Assembly (NCBI GenBank): GCA_039698055.1
Contig: JBDKTL010000021.1
Location: 66,837 to 130,836 of the forward strand
From: Methanoregula sp.
Lineage (GTDB): Archaea; Halobacteriota; Methanomicrobia; Methanomicrobiales; Methanospirillaceae
Reading direction: 5' to 3'
Length of the DNA: 64,000 nt
Part shown: piece by piece, positions 33,980 to 44,700 of the stretch
Layout: every line of letters starts with the position of its first letter
Numbering within the stretch: position 1 is the stretch's first letter
Translations under genes and position numbers: made by a program
Notes under the pieces: model-generated
The model's input: the letters and a program-made list of their open reading frames with translations, nothing else
The model's database searches: none
Told to the model about the DNA's origin: nothing

Positions 33980-35773
33980 TTGGTTATGTTCCGGAACACA
34001 CACCCGCAAAAACATCTGGCATGGAATGGAACTGACATCGTCCGTGCGTGCGTAATCACATCCCTTATTGTTTCCTGCACCCTGATCCTCGTTCTTGCAT
34101 TCTCACGCACGTTCGGGGTTATTGCAACCCAGCTTTTCTATATTCCTCTTCTCTATGCCGTGTATTATTACCCAAAGCGCGGGATCCTTATCGCCGGGGT
34201 CTGCGGGATTATCTATGAAATAGTCGGGTACTTCTTTTATTATCCCAATCCCGATGCCCTTATCGCAACCGTCGGCCAGGCAATCCTCTATATTGTTGTT
34301 GCCGCGATTATTGCCCAGCTGATCGAACAGGTCCGCACGGGTACATCCAAGAGCGGGAATGCGTTTGACACCTCCCGTATAGGCACGATCTGTTTTCGCC
34401 GCAGGGATCTTTCTATCTGCCAGTGCAATAGCACCTGCGCCACCCTCCTCCGGTACATACCTGAAGAACTGACAACGATGACTATCAAGGACATCCTGCC
34501 GGACGCCCATGAAAAGGAACGTTTTTCTGGACTGGTCAAAACGGGCAGCAGCTTTGACAATTTTCCTGCACGTGTCGTCACCAAGGACGGGGAAAACCGG
34601 CAGGTAATCATCTCCGGCAATCCGGTGAGCGAAGAGATCGTGTGCTGCACTGTCATAAGCCGGGACGACGGGGATCTGCCGGATCCGGCCGTTTGGGAAG
34701 CCGTTGTGAAATACCGGCAGCTGACCGATCATTCCCCGACAGGCATTCTTATTGTCGGGCAGGGAATTATCCGGTATGCAAATCCCGCGTTCTTTGAGTT
34801 CTCCGGGTACCTGCCATCGGAAATTACCGGAAAAGAACTCGCCCTGTTGATCGATACCGACGACCCTGCAGCATATACAGCGTTCGCGAAACGATGGGAA
34901 GATCCTGATGCACAGCCGGACAGGCTGGTATGCCGGTTCCGGACGCGTCACGGGGAAACCAGGATGATCGCACTTTATACAGCACCAATTGTTCATTCCG
35001 GCAACCCGGCAACACTCATCACTATTGTGGATCTCTCGGAAAAAGAGCAGCTGGAGGAACGGATCCGGCGGGAAAACGAACGCCGGCGTGGCGTTCTCAT
35101 GACTGTTGCTCATGAACTCCGCACACCGCTTCAGCCGATCATGGGGTACCTTGACCTGCTTATGGAAGATCCAAAGGCGTTTGGCCTCACGGAGGATACA
35201 AAAAAAATCATTGCCCGGTGCATGACGAGCGTTGAGCGGGAACGCCAGATCATCAACCAGATGCTTGATTTGTCTGTTCTTGAAACAGGTAAACTCCGGT
35301 TAAGTTATACCATATTTGCCCTGGCACCACTCGTGCGGAATGTCCTTGAGGTCAGGAATACCGCAAAAGACGAGATTGTCGTCGACATTCCAGAAACCCT
35401 GACCATCACCGCAGACAGGGACCGGTTGTTCACCGTGCTGGACGCCCTTATATCAAACGCGATCAAGTATTCAACATCGCCCCGTAAGATCAGGATCAGT
35501 TATTATTCCGGCAACGAAGATCCCTGTCACTACCTCTCGGTTCAGGATAATGGTGTTGGCATCCCGCACCATGCCATCAATTCGATTTTTGAACCGTTCC
35601 AGCTTGCCGATGCGGCAAAACTCTCCCGGAAATACGATCGTATGGGGTTATCGCTGTCCATCACCAAAAAGATCATCGAACTGCACGGGGGCGATATCAA
35701 GGTACAGAGCCGGGAACTTGAGGGAAGCACGTTTACGATTCACATCCCAAAAACAAAACCTCATGACCGGTAA
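33980..35773 (+). CDS. Membrane PAS-domain sensor histidine kinase
   Basis: N-terminal TMs, two PAS-like domains, AHELRTPL, NAIKY, DNGVGI, GLSLS; no adjacent response regulator. Confidence 0.9.
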   Translation: MVMFRNTHPQKHLAWNGTDIVRACVITSLIVSCTLILVLAFSRTFGVIATQLFYIPLLYAVYYYPKRGILIAGVCGIIYEIVGYFFYYPNPDALIATVGQAILYIVVAAIIAQLIEQVRTGTSKSGNAFDTSRIGTICFRRRDLSICQCNSTCATLLRYIPEELTTMTIKDILPDAHEKERFSGLVKTGSSFDNFPARVVTKDGENRQVIISGNPVSEEIVCCTVISRDDGDLPDPAVWEAVVKYRQLTDHSPTGILIVGQGIIRYANPAFFEFSGYLPSEITGKELALLIDTDDPAAYTAFAKRWEDPDAQPDRLVCRFRTRHGETRMIALYTAPIVHSGNPATLITIVDLSEKEQLEERIRRENERRRGVLMTVAHELRTPLQPIMGYLDLLMEDPKAFGLTEDTKKIIARCMTSVERERQIINQMLDLSVLETGKLRLSYTIFALAPLVRNVLEVRNTAKDEIVVDIPETLTITADRDRLFTVLDALISNAIKYSTSPRKIRISYYSGNEDPCHYLSVQDNGVGIPHHAINSIFEPFQLADAAKLSRKYDRMGLSLSITKKIIELHGGDIKVQSRELEGSTFTIHIPKTKPHDR

Positions 35774-36039
35774 TGGTACGGTCACCAAAAGACAATTACC
35801 ATCCTATTGGACGCAGGGGATCGTTCCACCAGGTACGGTTTCCGTGACATTTTTACGCCAATGGGATGAAATACCATGATTCCTGTTCCTGCATGAGAAG
35901 CGCACCAGGATTTTTTTTTCGGTACGAATCCCTTCATATCCAGCCGTGCAGGTTTCAGGTAATTTTTTTTAAGAGGGGCGATGGTGACGGGAGCCGCAGG
36001 TTCCCTAAAAAAAAGCATGTGCCCAGTGGTTTTAGAAAG

Positions 36040-36246
36040 CTAAATACCGAAGTACCACCCTGCCGCGAGGAGCCCGTGAACGATGACAAGGCCAATGGTT
36101 ATCCCGGCCATCGTCGCGTGCCGGCGAAGGGTGAATCCCGGTTTTCCTTTCGCCATGAACATGCCCATCGATGCCGTGGTAATTAACGAGATGAAGACCA
36201 CAATACCCATCGCACCGACAAGCAGAATCGGAATGTTGAGTGCCAT
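36040..36246 (-). CDS. Small two-TM membrane protein with His residues
   Basis: 68 aa, two hydrophobic helices, RRH and VH motifs. Confidence 0.65.
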   Translation of the reverse strand: MALNIPILLVGAMGIVVFISLITTASMGMFMAKGKPGFTLRRHATMAGITIGLVIVHGLLAAGWYFGI

Positions 36247-36328
36247 GAAGTACCATATTGCAGGGAACTATTTTAACCCTCGTGGGACAGTTCCGAAGAG
36301 ATGCCGTGTCCTGCCATGACAGTCCCCG

Positions 36329-38314
36329 TCATTTCCGGGAAAAAAGAGGGATGATCTCCCCGGCTTTCTGGTCGGTGATAAAGAAAACAAGTATATCGCC
36401 CGCGACCAGCTGCACCGTATTGTCTGCCTGGATAAATTTGGAAGTCCCCCGCCGCAGGCCAAAATCCGTGATGCCATAACGGTTTTTAAGGTCAAGTTCT
36501 GCAAGAGTCTTTCCTTCAGCAACAGAGCCTGACTCAACGTGGAGAGTATGCACATGAGTCGCTTTAAAGAGGTGTTCAACATCCCGCGCCGGGATATGCG
36601 GGTTCTCCTTTTTTTTCGTGAACATCGTATACCCCACATTCTTTGAACGTTCGATAATCCGTGCAATTTCCGGTTCAGGGATCTGGTATCTTTTCAAGGC
36701 ACGGGTGAAAATCTCAAGAGCCGCCTCAAATTCCTCGGAAATTACTTCGTCCGCTCCAAGGTCAAGGAGGTACTGCGTACTCCTGATATGCCGCGTCCGT
36801 GCAAGTATGTAGAGGTCAGGGGCGATCTTCCGCGCCGTGTGTATGATTCGCGGGATTGCCTCTTCTTCGGATACGACAACGACCAGTGTCCGGGCACGCC
36901 GGATACCCGCGTGTTCGAGAACTTCTTCCTGCACGGCGTCGCCGAACATAAAATTGGGCCGGTAGCTGGACCGCTCATTTTTAATGATCTCCGGGTTGAG
37001 CTCGATGACCATGAACGGGATGCCGGCAATGGTCGCTGCCTGCGCAACACTTTTACCGGTGATCCCGTACCCGGCAATAATAATGTGATCGGCGAGTCCT
37101 TTTTCCGGTTCGGGTTCTTCTGCGGACCTGGTTTTCCTGTGGGTGAACCGCTGCGGGACAACCCGGTACAGCAGATCGACGGCATGGGGAGCGGCATTCA
37201 TGGTAAAAGGCGTAAGTGCCATCGTGATGATTGCACCAGCGAGAAATACCTGGTAGACACCGACCGGTATGAGTGCAGAATCAAGGCCGCTTTTTGCCAG
37301 CACAAAGGAGAATTCCCCGATCTGGCAGAGGGAAAAACCGGTAACAACGCAGATCCTTGTGGGCATCCCCAGCATGCGTGCAGCAAACCCCCCGGTCATG
37401 ATCTTGACGATAATGATGATGATGACGATCAGGGTCACGTACTCGTAATTTTTTAACACCGTGCCCGTATTCAGCAGCATCCCGATGGACAAGAAAAAGA
37501 TCGCGGCAAAGACGTCGCGGAACGGGATGATATGGCCCAGCGCGTCGATATTATAATCGGATTCCCCGATAATAAGCCCCCCGATAAACGCGCCGAGAGT
37601 AAATGAGAGCCCGGCTTCGCTGGTCAGCCATGCAATGACAATACAGATCCCGGCGATGGTAAACAGGAAAAGTTCACGGCTCCGCTCCCGCGCGACCCGG
37701 AAGAGAAACGCCGGGATGATCCAGCGTGCCATAACAACGATGACGAGAATAATCAGGGCAATCTTTCCGATCTGGAAGGGAAGCGCCGTACTGTCAAGGC
37801 TGTGGTTCCCGCCAAGCAGCGGCAGGACAAGCATCATGGGAATGATGGCAAGATCCTGGAAGATCAAAATCCCAAGGAGCGTCCTGCCCTGCAGCGTATC
37901 GACCTCTCCTTTCTCCTGCAGGATTTTCATGACGATGGCCGTGCTGGAAAGCGATACGATAAACCCGAAAATAAGGGCTTCATTAAACGGCATCCGGAAA
38001 AGACCGGTGATAAACGTGATAGCGACAATGGTCGTGCACACCTGGATAACGCCGCCGATGATAACCGTCCGCCACGAACGCAGGAGTTTCTGGAACGAGA
38101 ATTCAAGGCCGATGGTAAACAGCAGCAGGATGATCCCGATCTCGCCGATGGTGTCAACGACCGACTGGTCCTGGATGAGGGCAAACCCAAATGGCCCGAC
38201 AAGCATGCCGATTACAAGGAAACTCACGATGCTGGGGAGTTTGAAGCGCTGGCCGATGTAAAGGAGGAGAATAGAGAGCAGAACAACGCATACGCCGGCA
38301 AGTACGATGTCCAT
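36329..38314 (-). CDS. Kef-type CPA2 antiporter with TrkA-N/TrkA-C domains
   Basis: LLFTIGLEFS, SLSST, FQD, QIGEFSFV, IIAGYGITG Rossmann motif. Confidence 0.92.
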   Translation of the reverse strand: MDIVLAGVCVVLLSILLLYIGQRFKLPSIVSFLVIGMLVGPFGFALIQDQSVVDTIGEIGIILLLFTIGLEFSFQKLLRSWRTVIIGGVIQVCTTIVAITFITGLFRMPFNEALIFGFIVSLSSTAIVMKILQEKGEVDTLQGRTLLGILIFQDLAIIPMMLVLPLLGGNHSLDSTALPFQIGKIALIILVIVVMARWIIPAFLFRVARERSRELFLFTIAGICIVIAWLTSEAGLSFTLGAFIGGLIIGESDYNIDALGHIIPFRDVFAAIFFLSIGMLLNTGTVLKNYEYVTLIVIIIIIVKIMTGGFAARMLGMPTRICVVTGFSLCQIGEFSFVLAKSGLDSALIPVGVYQVFLAGAIITMALTPFTMNAAPHAVDLLYRVVPQRFTHRKTRSAEEPEPEKGLADHIIIAGYGITGKSVAQAATIAGIPFMVIELNPEIIKNERSSYRPNFMFGDAVQEEVLEHAGIRRARTLVVVVSEEEAIPRIIHTARKIAPDLYILARTRHIRSTQYLLDLGADEVISEEFEAALEIFTRALKRYQIPEPEIARIIERSKNVGYTMFTKKKENPHIPARDVEHLFKATHVHTLHVESGSVAEGKTLAELDLKNRYGITDFGLRRGTSKFIQADNTVQLVAGDILVFFITDQKAGEIIPLFSRK

Positions 38315-38497
38315 TTAGAACACTCCACGGGAAAACCAGAATCTGGTAGAGAAGGTACTAATGAACGTGATATTATAGGTTCGCGTGCTTCTCCGGACTG
38401 ATGTATGCAGGCGAGGTTATCAAATCAAGTGGCTTTGCATCGACAGGAAGAAACGAAGTGAATAGCAGTTAAAAAATTTTATTTTCAACGCGGGAGA

Positions 38498-38875
38498 TCA
38501 CACTTTCTTGGATGTATCTCCCTTCATCACATATTTCACGAGCATAAACACCACCACCGCAATGATAACGAAATTGATCACGGCGCCGACAAAGTCGCCT
38601 GCCATAAACTTGATCGGCCCGACCGGAAGGACGGCGGTTTGCCAGTCTCCTCCGGGGGCAACAGCACCAACGACCGGCATGATAATATCTTTTACCAGTG
38701 CAGTGACCATCGCCGTTGCGGCCGTCCCGATGACAAATGCGACCGCAAGTCCGATGACCTGGTATTTTTTTAGGAATTCCATGAATTCGTCCTGGAACCC
38801 CATTGCACCTTTGCCAATTTTCATGACGCCGGCTTTGAGTCCTTTTTCTGCATCTTCGGGCTTTTTTATGTCCAT
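38498..38875 (-). CDS. mscL: Large-conductance mechanosensitive channel
   Basis: EFMEFL...VIGLAVAFVIG...LVKDIIMP, GDFVGAVINFVII. Confidence 0.9.
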   Translation of the reverse strand: MDIKKPEDAEKGLKAGVMKIGKGAMGFQDEFMEFLKKYQVIGLAVAFVIGTAATAMVTALVKDIIMPVVGAVAPGGDWQTAVLPVGPIKFMAGDFVGAVINFVIIAVVVFMLVKYVMKGDTSKKV

Positions 38876-39160
38876 GGAACACCTTTTCGCGAGATGCGAA
38901 CATCCCTGCAGTTCGTTGATTGTTTTTTCCTGCTATTATTGTTTGTATTGTCCTTTTTTTTTAACCGGGATTGGTAAATAGCAGCAAAAAAATGCATCAA
39001 ATATTTTATTTAAGGGTTGAGAATCCGCAAATAATCAAAATGGGAGAACTACTGTATATAACCGTTAAAGACCTGCCGGTGATCATATTTTTGTTTCCGG
39101 CCAAAAGGGAAAATGCAGGCAGAGTATACTTGAAATTGGTATGATTCACAAAAACAAAAA

Positions 39161-39234
39161 TGCCCCAGCCCGGATTTGAACCGGGGACAACTAGATCTTC
39201 AGTCTAGCGCTCTCCCAAACTGAGCTACTAGGGC
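39161..39234 (-). tRNA. tRNA-Phe (GAA), CCA not encoded
   Basis: GCCCTAGTAGCTCAGTTTGGGAGAGCGCTAGACTGAAGATCTAGTTGTCCCCGGTTCAAATCCGGGCTGGGGCA; cloverleaf with anticodon loop CTGAAGA. Confidence 0.97.
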
Positions 39235-39341
39235 AGGAATACAAATGTTAGCCCTTGGGATTAATAAATGATCTGTTCTCCGCGTTTGAGGAAGCGGGGG
39301 TGACGGCTCTTTTTTATGTCCCGCGATGTCAGTATTAACCA

Positions 39342-40310
39342 ATGCCGCCTGCGGAGAAAACAGCCGGGAGTGCGTCGGGTCTCGCAAGTGCGATCGCCTC
39401 ACGCACCGCCCATGTTGTCCACCTTACCCACAACGATCTGGATGCCGTTGGAGCGGATGCGATCCACCGGATGAAATACGGCACCGAAGGCGTGTTTACC
39501 ATCTGGAGTTCTGTCGGGAAATTTGACGCGCTGTTTTCAGCAGCCGCTTCCTGCGAGGGAAAGGGGGACCTGCTTTCGATTTCCGATCTCGGCTATCACC
39601 GGGACAACGAAAAGATAGCCGCAAATGCACGGGCAAAGGGGTGGGTGGTGGAATGGCGGGACCACCACCGGTGGCGGGACGAGGAGATCGTCAAGATCGA
39701 AAAGGCCGTGTCGCTGCTTCACATCGATACCACGGTCTGTGCAACCGGTATTGTCGCACGTGACCTCCAGCCGGATAACCCGGTCGCTGCTGAAATCGGC
39801 CGGGTGGTCTGCGACTACGATCTCTGGAAACATGCCGATCCCCGGTCTGCTGTGCTCGGGCAGGTGCTCCAGCGAAAGAAGAACCGTGACCATGTCCGCG
39901 ACTGTCTCATCAACGGGGTGTTCACGGACGATCTGATCGCATCCGAGTATGCGGAAATAAAATCCGAGATGGATACGATGATGCACCGGAGCCTCAGGCA
40001 GGTCACCCTTCTTGGCACCAGGTACCGTATCGCCTTTGCCCCGCTCTACGGGTACCCGAGCGAGACGGCGCATTTCATCCGGGACAACCTGCATACGGAT
40101 ATCGAGGTGATCATCGGCAAGGACGGGAAATTTTCCGTGCGGTCGGTGCCGCATGTCAGCCACCTGATCGCCCGGGAATTTGGCGGCGGGGGCCACCCGA
40201 ATGCAGCGGGGGGCTCGTTTAATTTTACGGTGGTCGAACGCTTTACGTGGTGGCTGTTTAAGAAGAGCCGGCATTTTGCCGGGTTTGTCAAGGTCGCTGA
40301 AAAGCAGTGA
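39342..40310 (+). CDS. DHH family phosphoesterase with DHHA1 domain
   Basis: THNDLD, ISDLG, DHH, DYD, GGGGHPNAAG. Confidence 0.9.
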   Translation: MPPAEKTAGSASGLASAIASRTAHVVHLTHNDLDAVGADAIHRMKYGTEGVFTIWSSVGKFDALFSAAASCEGKGDLLSISDLGYHRDNEKIAANARAKGWVVEWRDHHRWRDEEIVKIEKAVSLLHIDTTVCATGIVARDLQPDNPVAAEIGRVVCDYDLWKHADPRSAVLGQVLQRKKNRDHVRDCLINGVFTDDLIASEYAEIKSEMDTMMHRSLRQVTLLGTRYRIAFAPLYGYPSETAHFIRDNLHTDIEVIIGKDGKFSVRSVPHVSHLIAREFGGGGHPNAAGGSFNFTVVERFTWWLFKKSRHFAGFVKVAEKQ

Positions 40311-40403
40311 CCTTCTGGCATAAAAAAAGTTATGTCTGGTTCTTGTTGTAAGTCCAATCATGAAAGATTTAAGCCGGCACTGACAATCTGAGTGAGACCA
40401 GAT

Positions 40404-40901
40404 ATGAAAAATTTTTATCTTATTATTGCGTGCCTCTGCCTGTGTGCATTCGCCGTTCTCCCTGTGCAGGCGTTTACTGCCAATTCTCTCACGATCACGG
40501 TGGCAGAGAATGGCGACGCACATGCCGATATGCAGTACTCCCTTTCATTCATCGAGCAGGCCGCCGTATTTGCCCATATCGCAGACCCCTCCGCACAGCT
40601 TGAAGGGGCGCTCAGGAACAATTTCGACAAACCGGTTACGGTTATCCACGCGGACAGCTCATCGGCGGACGTGATCATCCTCTCGTTTGCCACGGTTGCA
40701 GCATCCCCGGGCCAGACAACAATGACAACCCCGTCACTCTCGTTTGCACGGGCACAGGACGTTGTAAAACAGTACTGGTTTGCACCGCTCATTTCAGCGG
40801 ACTTCTCCCCCACGGTGACGACCATCATCTTCCCGGACGGGTACCGTGTGACCTACAACGATCTCCTGACAATCCCGTCAACTTCGCACCAGATTGCGTA
40901 A
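40404..40901 (+). CDS. Secreted hypothetical protein
   Basis: Signal peptide ending PVQA; 165 aa. Confidence 0.7.
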   Translation: MKNFYLIIACLCLCAFAVLPVQAFTANSLTITVAENGDAHADMQYSLSFIEQAAVFAHIADPSAQLEGALRNNFDKPVTVIHADSSSADVIILSFATVAASPGQTTMTTPSLSFARAQDVVKQYWFAPLISADFSPTVTTIIFPDGYRVTYNDLLTIPSTSHQIA

Positions 40902-41146
40902 GGATAATTCCCTGTTCCGGGTACCGGATGGTACCGGACAGGACAAAAAATATTTTTTTCTTTTTTTTAGGGATTTCCCGGGCAGGTATTTTTTTCGATC
41001 ATCCACTGCCGGACTGACGGGTAGGTATCAAAAAAACCGGGCAGGCGGATTTGGGTGCCAGACGCAGGCCATCGCGCCGGTCTCATGGGATGGCAGGGGG
41101 AGGGGGGCATCACACATCGCACGAGAAATTGTTCCTGTACGGGTGG

Positions 41147-41632
41147 GGTACCTCCCTTACCATGAGGTACCCCCTTAGGGGGGTAGGTCGCACTGAGGCA
41201 GGTACCCCTGCAGGGGGGTGTCCCTCAGGGCCAGGTACCCCCCGAGACCCATCCCTCCCCTTTTTGCAGGTTCATTGCCTGTGTTTCGCATGGAGTCTCT
41301 GACGATATCTATTGCACACTTTTTGTTTGAGAAATGGGGGTACCCTGCCGGCCCACCCCTCCCTTATCATGAGGTACCCCCCCAAGGGGGTCTGTCGTAC
41401 TAAGGGAGGTACCCCCTCCCGGGGGTACCTCCCGTACTGCCAGGGACCCCCCACTCCCACCACTCATTTTGGGAAACCGCGTCTCTTCCCGGCCCGTTTT
41501 TCACGACGATAGTGCCTTTCAAGGCCGGGTTTTGACAGGGATGTTTGCCAGACCCACCACTCACTGGTCATGAGGTACCCCCCAGGGGGGGTCTGTCGTA
41601 CTGGGGGAGGTACCCCCCCTGGGGGGTACCTC
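41147..41632. repeat. Three ~65-bp palindromic GGTACC-rich units starting at 41161, 41368 and 41569
   Basis: Consensus catgaggtacccc(c)n-agggggg-t..gtcgYact-.Rgg.aggtacccc...gggggt; 11 GGTACC sites counted in 41147-41630. Confidence 0.9.
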
Positions 41633-41734
41633 TTGTGCTAAAAAAAAGCGGACGGGTAATCGTGAACCCGGACTCATGAAAATCTCCCAATCATTTCAAC
41701 ACGTTTAATGTTGAGGAATTATTAATATCAGTCA

Positions 41735-44700
41735 ATGGCAGTGCCCGAAGCGATCCAGAAACTGGTCGAGAAGTACAGCTTTCATCGCGAGGCATACCTT
41801 CGCGGGCAGGAAAAATACAACGAGACCCAGCTGCGGGAGGACTTTACCGACCCGTTCTTCCGCGCCCTTGGCTGGGACGTGAACAACAACAAGGGATTCT
41901 CGGAAGCCTACCGGGAAGTCCTGCACGAAGAGCCGATCCGGATCCGGGGCACAACGCAGTTTTTTGATTATACGTTCCGGATTGGCGGTACACGGAAATT
42001 CATTGTCGAGACCAAGAAGCCATCCGTCCGGATCAAGGATGATGCCGACGCCGCGTTACAGTTGCGCCGCTATGCGTGGAACGCGAAACTTCCGCTCTCC
42101 ATCCTCACGAACTTCGAAGAGTTCGCGGTCTATGACTGTACGATAAAACCGGAGAACAGCGACGCGGCAAACAAGGGGCGGATCGAGTACTTCACGTACA
42201 GCGAACTTCCCGAAAAGTGGGAATATCTCGAATCCATCTTCGCGCAGGAGAGCATTCTTCGCGGATCGTTTGACAAGTACGCGCTCTCGAACAAGGGGAA
42301 GAAAGGGACGGCGGGAGTCGATGACGATATCCTCTCCGAGATCGAGTCATGGCGGTCTGATCTGGCAAAGAACATCGCGATCAGGAATACCGGGCTCTCT
42401 GTCGAGGAACTCAACAGCATCGTGCAGCGCACCATCGACCGACTCCTGTTCCTGCGCATCTGCGAAGACCGGGGAATCGAAGAGTACCCGACACTGCACA
42501 AACTGCTTGAAGGCGAGCACACCTATGCGCGGCTCTGCGATCTCTTCCGGCACGCGGACGAGAAATACAACTCGGGGCTCTTCCACTTCCAGCAGGAGCA
42601 GGACTCGGACGAACTGCCCGACACCCTCTCGCTCTCGGTGACCATTGACGACAAGACACTCAAAGGCGTCATCAAACGGCTCTACTACCCGGAGACGCCG
42701 TACCTCTTCTCGGTTATCCCGCCGGCAATTCTCGGCCACGTGTACGAGCAGTTCCTCGGGAAAGTGATCCGGCTCACGGACGGCCACCAGGCAAAGGTGG
42801 AGTACAAGCCGGAAGTTAAGAAAGCGGGCGGTGTGTTCTATACGCCGCAGTATATCGTGGAATATATCGTGAAGCACACGGTGGGCGAACTGGTGATAGG
42901 CAAGACGCCCCGCGAGGTTGCGAAGATCCGTATCCTTGATCCCGCGTGCGGTTCCGGTTCATTCTTAATCGGTGCGTACCAGTTCCTGCTTGACTGGCAC
43001 CGGGACTGGTACATCGCAAACCTCGTCCCGGTCTTTAAAGAGAAGAACTCGGCGACCGACCCGGCCGTGCTCGCCCTCCTGCCCGAACCTGCACCAAAGA
43101 CAAAGAAAAAATTCGTGCAGGTCGATCTGCCGATCTACAAGGCCGGCACGAACGGCGATGCGACCCGGACCCGGAGCGACTGGCGGCTCACGACTGCGGA
43201 GAAAAAACGCATTCTTCTCAACAACATCTATGGCGTGGACATCGACCAGCAGGCAGTCGAGGTGACAAAACTCTCGTTGCTCTTAAAAGTGCTTGAAGAG
43301 GAGAATGAAGAGAATATCGAGAAGCAACTGAAACTCTTCGCGGAACGGGCATTACCCTCTCTTCATGATAACATCAAGTGCGGGAACTCGCTGATTGGCT
43401 GGGATGTGATGACCCCGGAGATGCCCGCAGAGGAAGTGAAGCGGATCAATCCGTTTGACTGGGACACGGAGTTTGCCGATATCGTGAAGGCAGGCGGGTT
43501 CGATGCGGTGATCGGGAACCCGCCGTATGTGAGACAGGAATCACTTGGACCGGAATTCAAAGAGTACGCAAAGAAACACTACGAGACATATGCGGGAACT
43601 GCGGATCTGTATGTGTATTTCTTTGAGAGAGGGCATAAATTACTTCGTAAGGACGGGACTTTTGGCATCATTTGTTCGAACAAGTTCATGAGGGCAAATT
43701 ACGGGATGAATTTGCGTCATTTCCTTTCGAACAGCATAAAAATTCTCCAAATAATTGATTTCGGAGAATTGCCTGTATTCCAAAATGCAGCGACATTTCC
43801 AGCGATTTTTATTACTCAAAATACCGTGATAAAAGAACAATCATTTGAATATGCTCCGATTAAAACACTGAATTTTAACTCTCTAGATAATGAGATTAGA
43901 AATACCCGATTATTACTAGATTCCAAATCGCTTACGGGATATAATTGGATTTTCCAACAAACTGCCAATCTGGATATAATTTCAAAAATTAAACAAAAAG
44001 GAATTCCGTTTTCACGATATACCCACTCACAAATTTATCGAGGGATCCTAACAGGATATAATAAAGCATTCTTCATCAACCAGTCCATTAAGGATAAACT
44101 TATTTTAGAAGATAAAAATTCAGATGAAATAATTAAACCTTTAGTCGTTGGTGACGATGTAAGAAAATATCATATTGATTATGAAAACCGTTACTTAATT
44201 TTTTGTAGACGTGGCATTGATATTAAACAGTATCCCGCAATTTTGCGATATTTGGAACAATTTAAACAAGAATTAACCCCGAAACCGGCGGGATGGAAAG
44301 GAACCGATTGGAATGGTCGAAAAGCTGGAGTTTATAATTGGTATGAAATTCAGGATGCTATTGAATATCATGCAGAATTTAATAAAGCAAAAATCATGTG
44401 GCCAGAAATTGCAAAGGAAAGTAGGTTCACATTCGATGATCAAAAAATATATGCTAATGCAAAGGTCTTTTTTACTCCAACTAACGATTTGTATCTCCTT
44501 GGATTATTGAATTCAAAATTAATTTGGTCATTTTTGAAAAATATTTGTTCTGTGCTTGGGGATAGTGATAACGGTGGGAGATTAATGCTACAAAAAATAT
44601 ATGTTGAGCAAATCCCCATCCGCACCATCAACTTCTCCGACCCCGCAGACAAAGCCCGGCACGATAGCATGGTCACGCTCGTGACAAAGATGCTTGACCT

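Noticed and set aside
39161-39234. tRNA-Phe as integration site of the defence island
   Set aside because: Two ordinary genes separate it from the island; no duplicated tRNA 3' end or integrase seen
41051-41512. Short ORFs across the GGTACC repeats
   Set aside because: Low-complexity Gly/Pro translations of the repeats on both strands
41147-41632. CRISPR array or Orc1/Cdc6 replication origin
   Set aside because: Units (~65 bp) and gaps (~140 bp) are too long for CRISPR and no cas genes are present; no TTCCA..GGAA ORB core, AT-rich unwinding element or orc1/cdc6 gene nearby
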